Positions 1 to 11,716 of a DNA stretch of 54,273 nt are shown in pieces; position 1 is the first letter of the stretch; each line of letters begins with the position of its first letter. The stretch spans positions 33,508,556 to 33,562,828 of the forward strand of contig NC_069003.1 of NCBI RefSeq assembly GCF_001194135.2, written 5' to 3'. Origin of the DNA: Octopus bimaculoides. Lineage: Eukaryota. A program made the position numbers and the translations under genes. The notes beneath the pieces are model-generated. The model worked only from the letters and a program-made list of their open reading frames with translations. It had not been told where the DNA came from and ran no database searches.

Positions 1-810
1 ATATATATACCCACTACACTACACACAAGGCCAGGAATTTCATTGGAAGAGCAAGTCAATTACATTGACACCAGGGCTCAACTGGTACTTATTCTTTTGA
101 TCTCTTATGGATGAATGGCAAAGTTGAACTTGGCAGAATTTGAGCTGAAAATGTCTAAAGTCAAAACAAAATAGCACTAAACATTTTTTCTAGTGCAGTA
201 ACGATCCAGCCAGCTGATTGCCATATAGTGAGTAACTATAGAGAAACTTCTTTATTGGCTGGTATGGATCTTCTTTTAAAAAGAGGCTGGATGGAGTTTG
301 GTGAGAGAGAGTTTTGTTGTTATATTATTAGGTAAGTCACTTGATAAACAAATGAGTTTTTGTGTGTGAGTGTGTGGGGTTATGAAAACATACAAAAGAG
401 AAATAAAAAAATGACAAAAACATCCAAGAGGGTAAGATTTTGGTGAGGGAGATTTGCAAATTACAGTGAGTAAATTGTGGAACTGTTTAATAACATATGT
501 AATTAATAAAAAAAATTAATTATAACGACATTTGGCAGTAAGTTACACCAAACACTGCTTCTAACAGTCATGACTTAGTGATACATGATCACACACACAC
601 ACGTGCTTATGCATGTGCACAGATACACATGTGCGCACAGATACACATGTGCGCACACACACACAAAGAGTGCGTGTGAAACTTCCTTACAAACTGGCAA
701 TATAAATTGGTGTTTATATTTAAAGAGTTATAGATCACAGATGTTGAGGCAGTTTTTTGGGGCCTTGACTCTTTCTGTTCTATGTCAACTCCTTTTTATT
801 TTGTTTACCG

Positions 811-841
<31 letters not shown>

Positions 842-884
842 TATTTAGCAATTGCTTTCCACGCTGGCATGGGTTAGATGTTTC

Positions 885-1093
885 CTCTAAACATAGAGGA
901 GACAAACAAGGACAGACAAAGGGATTAAGTCGATTACATCGACCCCAGTGCGTAACTGGTACTTTATTTATCGACCCCGAAAGGATGAATGGCAAAGTCG
1001 ACTTCGGCGGGATTTGAACTCAGAATGTAACGGCAGACGAAATACCGCTAAGCATTTCGCCCGGCGTGCTAACGTTTCTGCCAGCTAGCCGCC
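885..1093 (-). mobile_element. tRNA-derived SINE family A (central gtcgactttgcctttcatcctttcggggtcgataaa domain)
   Basis: Similar copies at 8692-8880(+), 20255-20470(-), 30826-31030(+), 35140-35356(-), 45565-46085(-), 49200-49420(+); B-box-like gttcaaattcc. Confidence 0.85.
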
Positions 1094-1767
1094 TTGAAAC
1101 TTTTTGAAACTATTTTCTGTTGAGGTCTGTCAAGTTTATAGAGGCAATGTGACTTGCACAAAGTAACAATTCTATTTTTTGGTAGATTTTACTGGAATAA
1201 CGACCATGAAATTTAATTTCACAGTCAAAGAGTTAACTAATATGTCCTCTCTCTTTTAATCCTTTTGTTGCCATATTTCTGTTAAAATATGCAACTTTAG
1301 TTTAATTTAATTATGAAAAGAATGAAGAATTTAAGAAAACAACTTTGACACAAATTAACCTGGTGCTTGGAACATAGATAAACATGAAGTTTTGATGGAA
1401 GGTTTTAACTTATATCACATTCAAACAGGAAATTTTGTATCATGGAACCAGAGGCAGTTTCAGACAGAGTTGGTATCAGGGAGGTTAAGACGACAGAGAG
1501 TGACTGGAGGGAAATTTGGCAGTGGCTACATAGAAGTTCTCACTTTGTCTGACAACACATGGCCTCTTTCTCTTGCTCTTGTCTTTGTACATCTGTATGT
1601 GGCACCCAACCAACCAACCAACCAATATTTATGTTGGCTGTCTGCCTGCTTGATGGCGAATTAACCAAATTTACAGGATATAATTCCTCTACTTAGAGGT
1701 AATCTGAGAGAGAGGATATCCTCTACTGATGTTATATACGCAGTATAGGAGCATGTGTGTATGTGTA

Positions 1768-1845
<78 letters not shown>

Positions 1846-1885
1846 TATATATATTTATATATATATATCTACTGCAATGCTGTCC

Positions 1886-1920
<35 letters not shown>

Positions 1921-2850
1921 GTGCCTCTGTGCGTGTGTGTACCACATTCCAACAAGTCAGTGACTGGTTCATTGCACTTTTGACAGCAATAGTAACAAGG
2001 GAATGCCTGTAACTAATGGCAGTGTCTGTAACTAAGAACGAAGCCCAATTTAAGCTCGGAACATAAAGATGAATGAAATGCCGCCAAGCATTTTGCTCAG
2101 CATGCTAATGATTCCGTCAGATCGCTGCCTTGAATAATAACAATAATGGTTTCAAATTTTGCCACAAGGGCAGTAATTTGGTGGGAGGGGAAGAGTTGAT
2201 TACATTGACCCCCCCCCCCNNNNNNNNNNNNNNNNNNNNNNNNNNNNNNNNNNNNNNNNNNNNNNNNNNNNNNNNNNNNNNNNNNNNNNNNNNNNNNNNN
2301 NNNNNNNNNNNNNNNNNNNNNNNNNNNNNNNNNNNNNNNNNNNNNNNNNNNNNNNNNNNNNNNNNNNNNNNNNNNNNNNNNNNNNNNNNNNNNNNNNNNN
2401 NNNNNNNNNNNNNNNNNNNNNNNNNNNNNNNNNNNNNNNNNNNNNNNNNNNNNNNNNNNNNNNNNNNNNNNNNNNNNNNNNNNNNNNNNNNNNNNNNNNN
2501 NNNNNNNNNNNNNNNNNNNNNNNNNNNNNNNNNNNNNNNNNNNNNNNNNNNNNNNNNNNNNNNNNNNNNNNNNNNNNNNNNNNNNNNNNNNNNNNNNNNN
2601 NNNNNNNNNNNNNNNNNNNNNNNNNNNNNNNNNNNNNNNNNNNNNNNNNNNNNNNNNNNNNNNNNNNNNNNNNNNNNNNNNNNNNNNNNNNNNNNNNNNN
2701 NNNNNNNNNNNNNNNNNNNNNNNNNNNNNNNNNNNNNNNNNNNNNNNNNNNNNNNNNNNNNNNNNNNNNNNNNNNNNNNNNNNNNNNNNNNNNNNNNNNN
2801 NNNNNNNNNNNNNNNNNNNNNNNNNNNNNNNNNNNNNNNNNNNNNNNNNA

Positions 2851-3256
2851 TGATAACATCAGAACTGTTGAGTTTAGGCATTTCATTTTCTAAAGTTCTG
2901 CTGAAGAAGTGGGGATGTTCATCCTCATCATCATCTTCAATGGATCCACTGGCCCCTGAACCATGCAGCTTATTGTACAGATCGATCATGAAGCGGGGAG
3001 CAGAAGTCTCCTTACCGGGAGCTCGCGGTTTCGGTTTGTGGTGTAATCCCATCAAGGTGAGTATTTCTTGTTGAAATTCCTTCTTCACACGATGTGGGAT
3101 CCGGCTGACCATCACGGACTGTTCCAGGCCATTGTCGGTGTAGAAGCCCGTGTCATCCATTCGAGTGGTCCATACGCAAGGAGGGTGACACAGCAAATAA
3201 GCCAGCAATACCAGACATAACAAGTGACTGGTATAGGCAAAGATGTCGCCTGTCAT
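2851..3256 (-). CDS. BMP5-8: BMP5-8/gbb(60A)-type TGF-beta ligand, first coding exon (signal peptide + N-terminal prodomain), truncated by N gap 2220-2850
   Basis: ATG at 3256; hydrophobic signal segment LLCLVLLAYLLC. QQEILTLMGLHHKPKP..GKETSAPRFMIDLYN parallels BMP5/6/7 (QREILSILGLPHRPRP..GKHNSAPMFMLDLYN). It ends LNSSDVI plus the first base of the expected M of the conserved D-x-[VI]-MSF motif. FYTDNGLEQSVM resembles the gbb N-terminus. Confidence 0.9.
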
Positions 3257-3289
3257 CTTTTTCTTTTATGTCTTGAATTTGGAAGACAC

Positions 3290-3306
3290 CTGAATAAATA
3301 AATGAT
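3290..3306 (-). other. Probable splice acceptor 33 nt upstream of the BMP ATG (5'UTR intron)
   Basis: Minus strand reads tcatttatttattcAG|gtgtcttcc; AG at 3291-3290. Confidence 0.45.
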
Positions 3307-3679
3307 ATTCTAATTACTTCCCATTCTATTTACACAGAAACTGTGTGCGTGCACACACACACACACACACACAAAATACTACTAATAATAATAAAAATAA
3401 TAATGATAATAATAATTGGCTTAGAGGTTAAGGTGTTGGATTCATGGTTGTAAGATTGTGGTTTTGATCCTTGGACTGGGCACTGTGATGTGTTCTTGAG
3501 CAAAACACTTCATTTCACATTTGCTTCAGGTTCATTCAGGTAGCAAAAATGGGCAATCCTGCAACAGACCTGTACCCTATCCAGTGGGGAATAAATACGC
3601 TACAGAATCCAGGAAGCCAGCCTTATGAGCCTATGGCTCAGTATGACGTTTGAGCCTTTATATATATATATATAAAGGA

Positions 3680-4000
3680 TAGAAGGGTAAAGACCCCCTT
3701 CAGTCACGAATGACCAAGGGATTGTACCTAGAAAGTTGTCCCTCCGAGGCAAGTCCAGGCAAGGTTGTTTGTGAAAGACCAGCAGTTGCCCATGCATACC
3801 AGCCTCCCCCTGTCCGTGCCACTGATGTTGTCCAAGGGAAATGCAAGGCACCACTAATGTTGCAACTCATTTCTACAGATGAGTGAACTGGAGCAACATG
3901 AAATAAAATATCTGGCTAAAAACCCAATGCAGCCTGGTCCAGGAACTGAACTTACAACCTCAAGATTGTAATCCTGACACTCTAGCCACGATCCTTCCTT
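3680..4000 (-). mobile_element. tRNA/CORE-type SINE family H
   Basis: Aligns with 50800-51124; ttcttgagcaagacactttatttcacgttgctccagttcactca body. Confidence 0.75.
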
Positions 4001-4313
4001 TACATACACACATACACAAACAGGTGTGGGTGGCCGTGTGGTAAGAAGTTTGCTTCCCAGCCACATGATTCCAGGTTCAGTCTCACTCTAGCACTGAACC
4101 AACCAAAGCCTTGTGAGAGGATTTGGTAGATGGGATCTGAAAGAAACCTGTTGTGTATGTGTGTGGACATCACTTCTCTCTGCAAAGGCCTGCTCACATG
4201 TCTAAATACATTTGATAAAGACACAAATGTAATACCAAGGTAACACGGCAGCTACTACGACAGGGTGGGCGATCCTCTTTACCCATATTCGAGTTTGAAA
4301 CCCTTCACTGACA

Positions 4314-4464
4314 CACTAGCGTAGCTGGGGTGGAGGCCGTAGGTGCGGTCCGCCCCGGGCAGCACTTTTGGGTCTGCTGTAGGCAATGTGTGTTGTTTGT
4401 GGGGCCCGGGGGGCGGCAAACGGAAGGGCCGCCACGGGTGACACACACTCTAGCTACTCTACTG
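4314..4464. mobile_element. GC-rich 151-bp hAT-type MITE
   Basis: Imperfect TIRs cactagcgtagctggggtg vs revcomp cagtagagtagctagagtg. 8-bp TSD cactgaca (4306-4313) / cactgacg (4465-4472). Confidence 0.75.
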
Positions 4465-5183
4465 CACTGACGAATTCGTTAACCCACCCCCACACGAAAG
4501 CAACAGGTTGAGCTTTGATTAACGCTAAAACAATTATTGAATATAAGTCCCATGATTATGAATTCGCGAAAGTAAAGAGCCATTATTTTTATTAGTAAAG
4601 ATACGTCTCAGCAAGATCCTAACGTTTTTGTGATTCGGCCCTGTTACTAAATAAGTTTCTCCGCTTAATAGAAATAGCGGTAAATGTCCAAATTTACCAA
4701 AATAAATATAAACGATTTAATATACAATATATATATTAAAAAATATATTGTTTTTCGCCAAAAAGTTTTGAGTTAAATCGTACAACTAGAACAGTCTAGA
4801 AGTGAAGATCTTTGTGGGAGAATAACCAAAGTTCACAGAGTGGAATGAAAATAGATTTATCTTAAATTCCTTAACCAGCAGGATATATATGTGTATGCGC
4901 GTGTGTGCGGATCCTCGCCGTTCGCCGACAAATTACCTGCTCCTGAATTAATTCATAAGTGGCTGAGTATTCCACAGGCACGTGTACTCTTAATGTAATT
5001 CTCCTATTGAATTAGAGGTATTAATGTACCCGATGGAATTCTATAGTTTCTGTCCGTCCAATTTCACTCAGAGTATGAGTGAAGACAATAGAATCGAACC
5101 CGATATCTCGTGGTTGTGAAGCGAACTTCGTAACCATTGGGCCACACTGCGGCCTAAAGTTGCGTGTGTGTATGTCAAAATAT

Positions 5184-5235
<52 letters not shown>

Positions 5236-7715
5236 TATTTATTTTTGTGTTTTATTCTTTAAAAAAGGTTTATTTCGAGAATTTCCCGGTTCAATGCTTT
5301 TTCTTTCCCAGTGAAGTGAAGTGCAACGAAGTTTCCAATCAAAAAGATCGTCGAAATTTCAATGAAGTTGGAAACAATGATGATAATAATAACAAACATG
5401 ATGCGAATGATGACAATTATAAACCGATGACAGATATTGTTGTTTAGCTTCATAGCTTGGAATTAAAGACAGTCCAGCCGTGTCCATCGCGTCTTTTTAA
5501 AGACTACAACATCAGATATATCGTTGTTTTATTTAAAAAGCAATCGGGTTTCATTTGAGGGAGATCTGGCTACTATTTCAGATCGACGGACCACGAGGGT
5601 CAGTTCCCGTTGTTGTTGTTGTCGTTCTTGTGAATGAAAAAGACACACACTGCACACAAAGTGTTGCACAAAGACATTTAAAAGACAAACAAACGCATTA
5701 GTAAAGATGTAGAAACTTCATACAGACCTACACATACATAAAGTTGTTGTTGCTGTTGGAGCACTTGTTTATTGCAGCTGCACCTGTACCATCCACCAAT
5801 GCGTCGTTATGTGATGCACNNNNNNNNNNNNNNNNNNNNNNNNNNNNNNNNNNNNNNNNNNNNNNNNNNNNNNNNNNNNNNNNNNNNNNNNNNNNNNNNN
5901 NNNNNNNNNNNNNNNNNNNNNNNNNNNNNNNNNNNNNNNNNNNNNNNNNNNNNNNNNNNNNNNNNNNNNNNNNNNNNNNNNNNNNNNNNNNNNNNNNNNN
6001 NNNNNNNNNNNNNNNNNNNNNNNNNNNNNNNNNNNNNNNNNNNNNNNNNNNNNNNNNNNNNNNNNNNNNNNNNNNNNNNNNNNNNNNNNNNNNNNNNNNN
6101 NNNNNNNNNNNNNNNNNNNNNNNNNNNNNNNNNNNNNNNNNNNNNNNNNNNNNNNNNNNNNNNNNNNNNNNNNNNNNNNNNNNNNNNNNNNNNNNNNNNN
6201 NNNNNNNNNNNNNNNNNNNNNNNNNNNNNNNNNNNNNNNNNNNNNNNNNNNNNNNNNNNNNNNNNNNNNNNNNNNNNNNNNNNNNNNNNNNNNNNNNNNN
6301 NNNNNNNNNNNNNNNNNNNNNNNNNNNNNNNNNNNNNNNNNNNNNNNNNNNNNNNNNNNNNNNNNNNNNNNNNNNNNNNNNNNNNNNNNNNNNNNNNNNN
6401 NNNNNNNNNNNNNNNNNNNNNNNNNNNNNNNNNNNNNNNNNNNNNNNNNNNNNNNNNNNNNNNNNNNNNNNNNNNNNNNNNNNNNNNNNNNNNNNNNNNN
6501 NNNNNNNNNNNNNNNNNNNNNNNNNNNNNNNNNNNNNNNNNNNNNNNNNNNNNNNNNNNNNNNNNNNNNNNNNNNNNNNNNNNNNNNNNNNNNNNNNNNN
6601 NNNNNNNNNNNNNNNNNNNNNNNNNNNNNNNNNNNNNTTACGCCGAATACGGGTGGTATGTGTATTCTTTACCTCTGTCGAAGTTGTACTCCGCTACCCT
6701 TTTCCCACTCGCGGTACTCTTATACGCTTTTCAAAATTTGACGGTACACCTGAACTAAAATTATAACTAAAAGCAATAGCGGACTGGGTCTAAAAAAATT
6801 GGTTGCCAGGAGACTAAGGGGGCTCATCCGCAACTACAAGGGGCCCCACCTGCAACTACAAGGGGGGGGGGGCACCTGCTACTACAATGCTAGCATTTAA
6901 TTTTTTTTTTGTTAAAAGTATTCTTTTCAACTGTCTACAAACACAGCCAGGCTGAAATACCAGTGTGTTGCGGTATACCAGTTGTGGAGTACTGATATAG
7001 AGGGACGGGAACAAGTGGACAATCTCTCTTATTTTCTTTTACTTGTTTCAATCATTGGACTGCGCCCATGCTGGGGTACTGCCTCGGTGGATTTTACTCG
7101 AATGATTTAACACCTGTACATATTTTTTTTATGAAGTCTGGTATTTATTCAATCGCTCATTTTTTTTTGTCGAACTGGTGTTGGTTTGCTTACGAGGGTA
7201 TAAACAAACCAACACCTCTTGTCAAATAGTGGCTGACACACACACTCACGAGTTTTTACCAAAATTATTTAAGATTTCTTAAAAGTTATTAACGATCTAA
7301 ATTTTTTTTTTTTTGAAAACCAGCCGAAACGTGTTAACAACAAACAAAATGAGGACAAATATCCCTCAATTGTAAATAATGAACCAACATATTTATTGAC
7401 CCAAAAGTTATCAAAGAAGGCGACATTAGCAATAAGATAATCACAGAAGCACGAGGAGGTAAAGATTATTAGAGTTATCTCCCTTTAGCCTTTAATATTA
7501 CGAATTTTCCGGCTCCAGAAAACAGTATTCGAAACCTTTTGGTGTAGAAATCAGATACATACCCACGGGCATATGGCATGGTGACATGGTGGTTAAGAGC
7601 GCAGGCTACTAACCCCGAGATTCAGAGTTCGATTCCAGGTAGTGACTTGAATAATAATAACAACAACATCGAAAAATACCTTAGGAATGAGAACCCAGGT
7701 TTGAAATTTCCCCAA

Positions 7716-7761
7716 GACACCTGATGAAGGCTGGAGGGTATATCAGCCGAAGCGTTGTGTT
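7716..7761 (+). ncRNA. Minimal type I hammerhead ribozyme motif (Penelope-type); this copy has a GAAG core substitution
   Basis: GACAC-CUGAUGA-A-GGCUG(gagggUAUAU)CAGCC-GAAGC-GUU-GUGUU. Stem I GACAC/GUGUU, stem II GGCUG/CAGCC, GUU triplet. Confidence 0.7.
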
Positions 7762-7799
7762 AACAACAAACAAGATGAGGACAAATATCAGTCAAATGT

Positions 7800-8185
7800 T
7801 GTTGTTGGAACTCCGTCGCTTACGACGACGAGGGTTCCAGTTGATCCGTTCAACGGAACAGCCTGCTCGTGAAATTAACGTGCAAGTGGCTGAGCACTCC
7901 ACAGACACGTGTACCCTAAACGTAGTTCTCGGGGATATTCAGCGTGACACAGTGTGACAAGGCTGACCCTTTGAAATACAGGTACAACAGAAACAGGAAG
8001 AAAGAGTGAGAGAAAGTTGTGGAGAAAGAGTACAGCAGGGTTTGCCACCATCCCCTGCCGGAGCCTCGTGGAGCTTTCAGGTGTTTTCGCTCAATAAACA
8101 CTCACAACGCCCGGTCTGGGAATCGAAACCGCGATCCTATGACCGCGAGTCCGCTGCCCTAACCACTGGGCCATTGCGCCTCCAC
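7800..8185 (-). mobile_element. Full-length tRNA-derived SINE family E with 11-bp TSD
   Basis: Head ggaggcgcaatggcccagtggttagggcagcggactcgcggtc..gtttcgattccc and (CAA)n tail. TSD cagtcaaatgt at 7789-7799 and 8186-8196. Second copy at 26815-27210. Confidence 0.9.
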
Positions 8186-8364
8186 CAGTCAAATGTAAAT
8201 GGTGTACATAATATTCAAATATATCTGCTCGAAATTTCATTACCGTTAATTGTGGACAGCAGTTTTATATATCAATAGTGGATTCGTTTTGCGATATCAC
8301 TTTAACCCTCACACTGTTCATTGCACTTACTCTTGAAAAAGTTACGTAAAGCTGGTCATGAAAC

Positions 8365-8690
8365 ATTCTTAGGTGAGTCAAATTCTTCATTATTGACAAA
8401 GCTTCAATGATACCAGTTTATGCTTTGAAAGCTGTAGATAATTGTTTAAGAGATATTATGAATAGTAATAACAGTTCAATCAGTTCTGGAAGTTCAAATT
8501 ATTTTTCTTAGAGAATTCCCCAAATACTGGTAGTTGGTTTGCTTCTGCAGTAATAATGCCAGCAGCACCGCCATTGTCATCCAGATGTGGGAAGAAGGAT
8601 TTCATTGGAAATTTGTAGAGATTCAGAAACTGTTAGCAGCATCAGTTTCTTCAGATCCTGAAACATTTACGTAGTTGCCATTGTTTTCTG
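8365..8690 (+). pseudogene. Decayed Helitron Pif1-like helicase fragment
   Basis: Frame from 8365 reads ILR*VKFFIIDKASMIPVYALKAVDNCLRDIMNSNN, resembling helicase motif II (IIWDEAxM..AL..xD..LRDI). An out-of-frame EFPQILVV follows, resembling DFRQILPVV. Confidence 0.6.
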
Positions 8691-8691
8691 A

Positions 8692-8880
8692 AGGCGGTGA
8701 ACTGGCAGAATCATTAGCACGCTGGGTGGAATGCTTAGCAGTATTTCGTCTGCTGTTACGTTCTGAGTTCAAATTCCACCGAGGTTGACTTTGCCTTTCA
8801 TCCTTTTGGGGTTGATGTAATCGACTTAATCCCCTTGTCTGTCTTTGTTTGTCCCTTCTATGTTTAGCCCCTTGTAGGCA
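8692..8880 (+). mobile_element. SINE family A copy
   Basis: ggcggtgaactggcagaatcattagcac...gactttgcctttcatccttttggggttgat. Confidence 0.85.
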
Positions 8881-10464
8881 CTTTATGTTGCTACAGTTTA
8901 CTCATCTGGTAAAAATGAGGATTCTTGCAATGGACCGGTGTACCATTTAGGGAGGAATATACCAAACAAAGGAACCAGGAAACTGACCAGAAGCTCCTTA
9001 CAGAGTAATGTGGACTAACCCTACAGAAACAGTTTTGTGGGGTATTTTTTTGCCAAATGTTTTGCAAATGAGGAACCACTGGTAAGTGATACACGAATTT
9101 AAGTCTTCAACAGATCTGGCTACACAGTAGTCATAGTGGTGGTCATTATGAAGAGAGAGGGAGAGAGAGAGAGANNNNNNNNNNNNNNNNNNNNNNNNNN
9201 NNNNNNNNNNNNNNNNNNNNNNNNNNNNNNNNNNNNNNNNNNNNNNNNNNNNNNNNNNNNNNNNNNNNNNNNNNNNNNNNNNNNNNNNNNNNNNNNNNNN
9301 NNNNNNNNNNNNNNNNNNNNNNNNNNNNNNNNNNNNNNNNNNNNNNNNNNNNNNNNNNNNNNNNNNNNNNNNNNNNNNNNNNNNNNNNNNNNNNNNNNNN
9401 NNNNNNNNNNNNNNNNNNNNNNNNNNNNNNNNNNNNNNNNNNNNNNNNNNNNNNNNNNNNNNNNNNNNNNNNNNNNNNNNNNNNNNNNNNNNNNNNNNNN
9501 NNNNNNNNNNNNNNNNNNNNNNNNNNNNNNNNNNNNNNNNNNNNNNNNNNNNNNNNNNNNNNNNNNNNNNNNNNNNNNNNNNNNNNNNNNNNNNNNNNNN
9601 NNNNNNNNNNNNNNNNNNNNNNNNNNNNNNNNNNNNNNNNNNNNNNNNNNNNNNNNNNNNNNNNNNNNNNNNNNNNNNNNNNNNNNNNNNNNNNNNNNNN
9701 NNNNNNNNNNNNNNNNNNNNNNNNNNNNNNNNNNNNNNNNNNNNNNNNNNNNNNNNNNNNNNNNNNNNNNNNNNNNNNNNNNNNNNNNNNNNNNNNNNNN
9801 NNNNNNNNNNNNNNNNNNNNNNNNNNNNNNNNNNNNNNNNNNNNNNNNNNNNNNNNNNNNNNNNNNNNNNNNNNNNNNNNNNNNNNNNNNNNNNNNNNNN
9901 NNNNNNNNNNNNNNNNNNNNNNNNNNNNNNNNNNNNNNNNNNNNNNNTATTATTATTATTATTATTATTATTAATTTTGTTCATCATTTATAAGTACGTG
10001 TGTATTCATCACTATTTTATTTATGTTATTCAATTTCAAAAAAAAAAAAAAAATGAAGCATGTCTTTGACAATTCCAGGGTGTTGCGTGACTTTTGGCCC
10101 ATGCTCTATAACCGTATAAGTGACTCAAAAACTACTACCATAACCAATGCTTTCCCTTTTTTAACAAAAGGGACAGGCAATGAGCCTTTTAATTACTCAA
10201 AGATCCCGAAAGATGTGTACAGACAATGTTCATAGTGAATAATATATAACCCCTATTATAGCAGGACTGAAGTACAGTACATTTGCATGAGCATGTGTGT
10301 ATGGGAATGCATAGATGTATGTGGATATATGTTTTTGTGTACGTGTATGTGTGTGTGTAAATATTTTCTGTTGCCATGAACGTGTTAAGCTAACACTGTA
10401 TTTGTTAAAATTCCTTCCCTCTGTGCTGTCTTCTTTACTGTTCATTGTATTTATGCAAAATGTG

Positions 10465-10502
<38 letters not shown>

Positions 10503-11568
10503 CTCATACAAACATACATACATATATATGTGTATGTGTGTGCTTGTATATTTACACAATGTAAATTCAATGAAGAATAGCCGAACAATACCGAAGAATA
10601 CATACGTATGTATATTTACATAACGTAAATACAATGAACAATCAAAAAGGACAAGGGAGATTATATATACATACATACATCATCATCATCGTCGTTTAAC
10701 ATCCGCTTTTCATGCTAGCATGGGTTGGACGATACACACATNNNNNNNNNNNNNNNNNNNNNNNNNNNNNNNNNNNNNNNNNNNNNNNNNNNNNNNNNNN
10801 NNNNNNNNNNNNNNNNNNNNNNNNNNNNNNNNNNNNNNNNNNNNNNNNNNNNNNNNNNNNNNNNNNNNNNNNNNNNNNNNNNNNNNNNNNNNNNNNNNNN
10901 NNNNNNNNNNNNNNNNNNNNNNNNNNNNNNNNNNNNNNNNNNNNNNNNNNNNNNNNNNNNNNNNNNNNNNNNNNNNNNNNNNNNNNNNNNNNNNNNNNNN
11001 NNNNNNNNNNNNNNNNNNNNNNNNNNNNNNNNNNNNNNNNNNNNNNNNNNNNNNNNNNNNNNNNNNNNNNNNNNNNNNNNNNNNNNNNNNNNNNNNNNNN
11101 NNNNNNNNNNNNNNNNNNNNNNNNNNNNNNNNNNNNNNNNNNNNNNNNNNNNNNNNNNNNNNNNNNNNNNNNNNNNNNNNNNNNNNNNNNNNNNNNNNNN
11201 NNNNNNNNNNNNNNNNNNNNNNNNNNNNNNNNNNNNNNNNNNNNNNNNNNNNNNNNNNNNNNNNNNNNNNNNNNNNNNNNNNNNNNNNNNNNNNNNNNNN
11301 NNNNNNNNNNNNNNNNNNNNNNNNNNNNNNNNNNNNNNNNNNNNNNNNNNNNNNNNNNNNNNNNNNNNNNNNNNNNNNNNNNNNNNNNNNNNNNNNNNNN
11401 NNNATATATATATATATATATATATATAAGTTATGAGGGGTAATGGTGTCAAGAAGACCCAAAGGTGTCAGGTAACACTGAGTAAGTGCTATGGACAGAC
11501 CATAGTTAAGCTCCAGGTTCGATAATGATGTGAATGAAGAGTCCAACGTGGGTCGTGTATTAGCATGC

Positions 11569-11716
11569 ATATATATAATAATTAACAGAATGAGATAAAA
11601 AAATTCAAGGCTGTGAATAGTTTTCAGAACCTTTATAAGACCTCTTTATATATGTTCTGAAAACTATTCACAGCCTTGGGTTTTTTTTATCTCATTCTCT
11701 TAATTATTATATATAT
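11569..11716. repeat. ~148-bp palindrome (about 62-bp arms, 23-nt spacer) embedded in TA repeats; probable foldback MITE
   Basis: aattaacagaatgagataaaaaaattcaaggctgtgaatagttttcagaac ... gttctgaaaactattcacagccttgggttttttttatctcattctcttaatt. Confidence 0.8.

Larger units (their letters stand above)
7561..8210 (+). mobile_element. tRNA-headed SINE family D (hammerhead-bearing), interrupted by a family E SINE
   Basis: A-box-like tgg..tggttaagag and B box gagttcgattcc (7626-7637), (AAT)n, body shared with 45318-45560 and 29820-29965; tail resumes at 8186. Confidence 0.85.

Noticed and set aside
2130-3074. Plus-strand 314-aa ORF
   Set aside because: Antisense shadow of the BMP exon plus the gap
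7561-7645. tRNA gene calls for SINE heads (also 8100-8185, 26815-26890, 45480-45560, 51050-51124)
   Set aside because: A/B boxes are present, but no complete cloverleaf could be drawn and each runs into a shared SINE body
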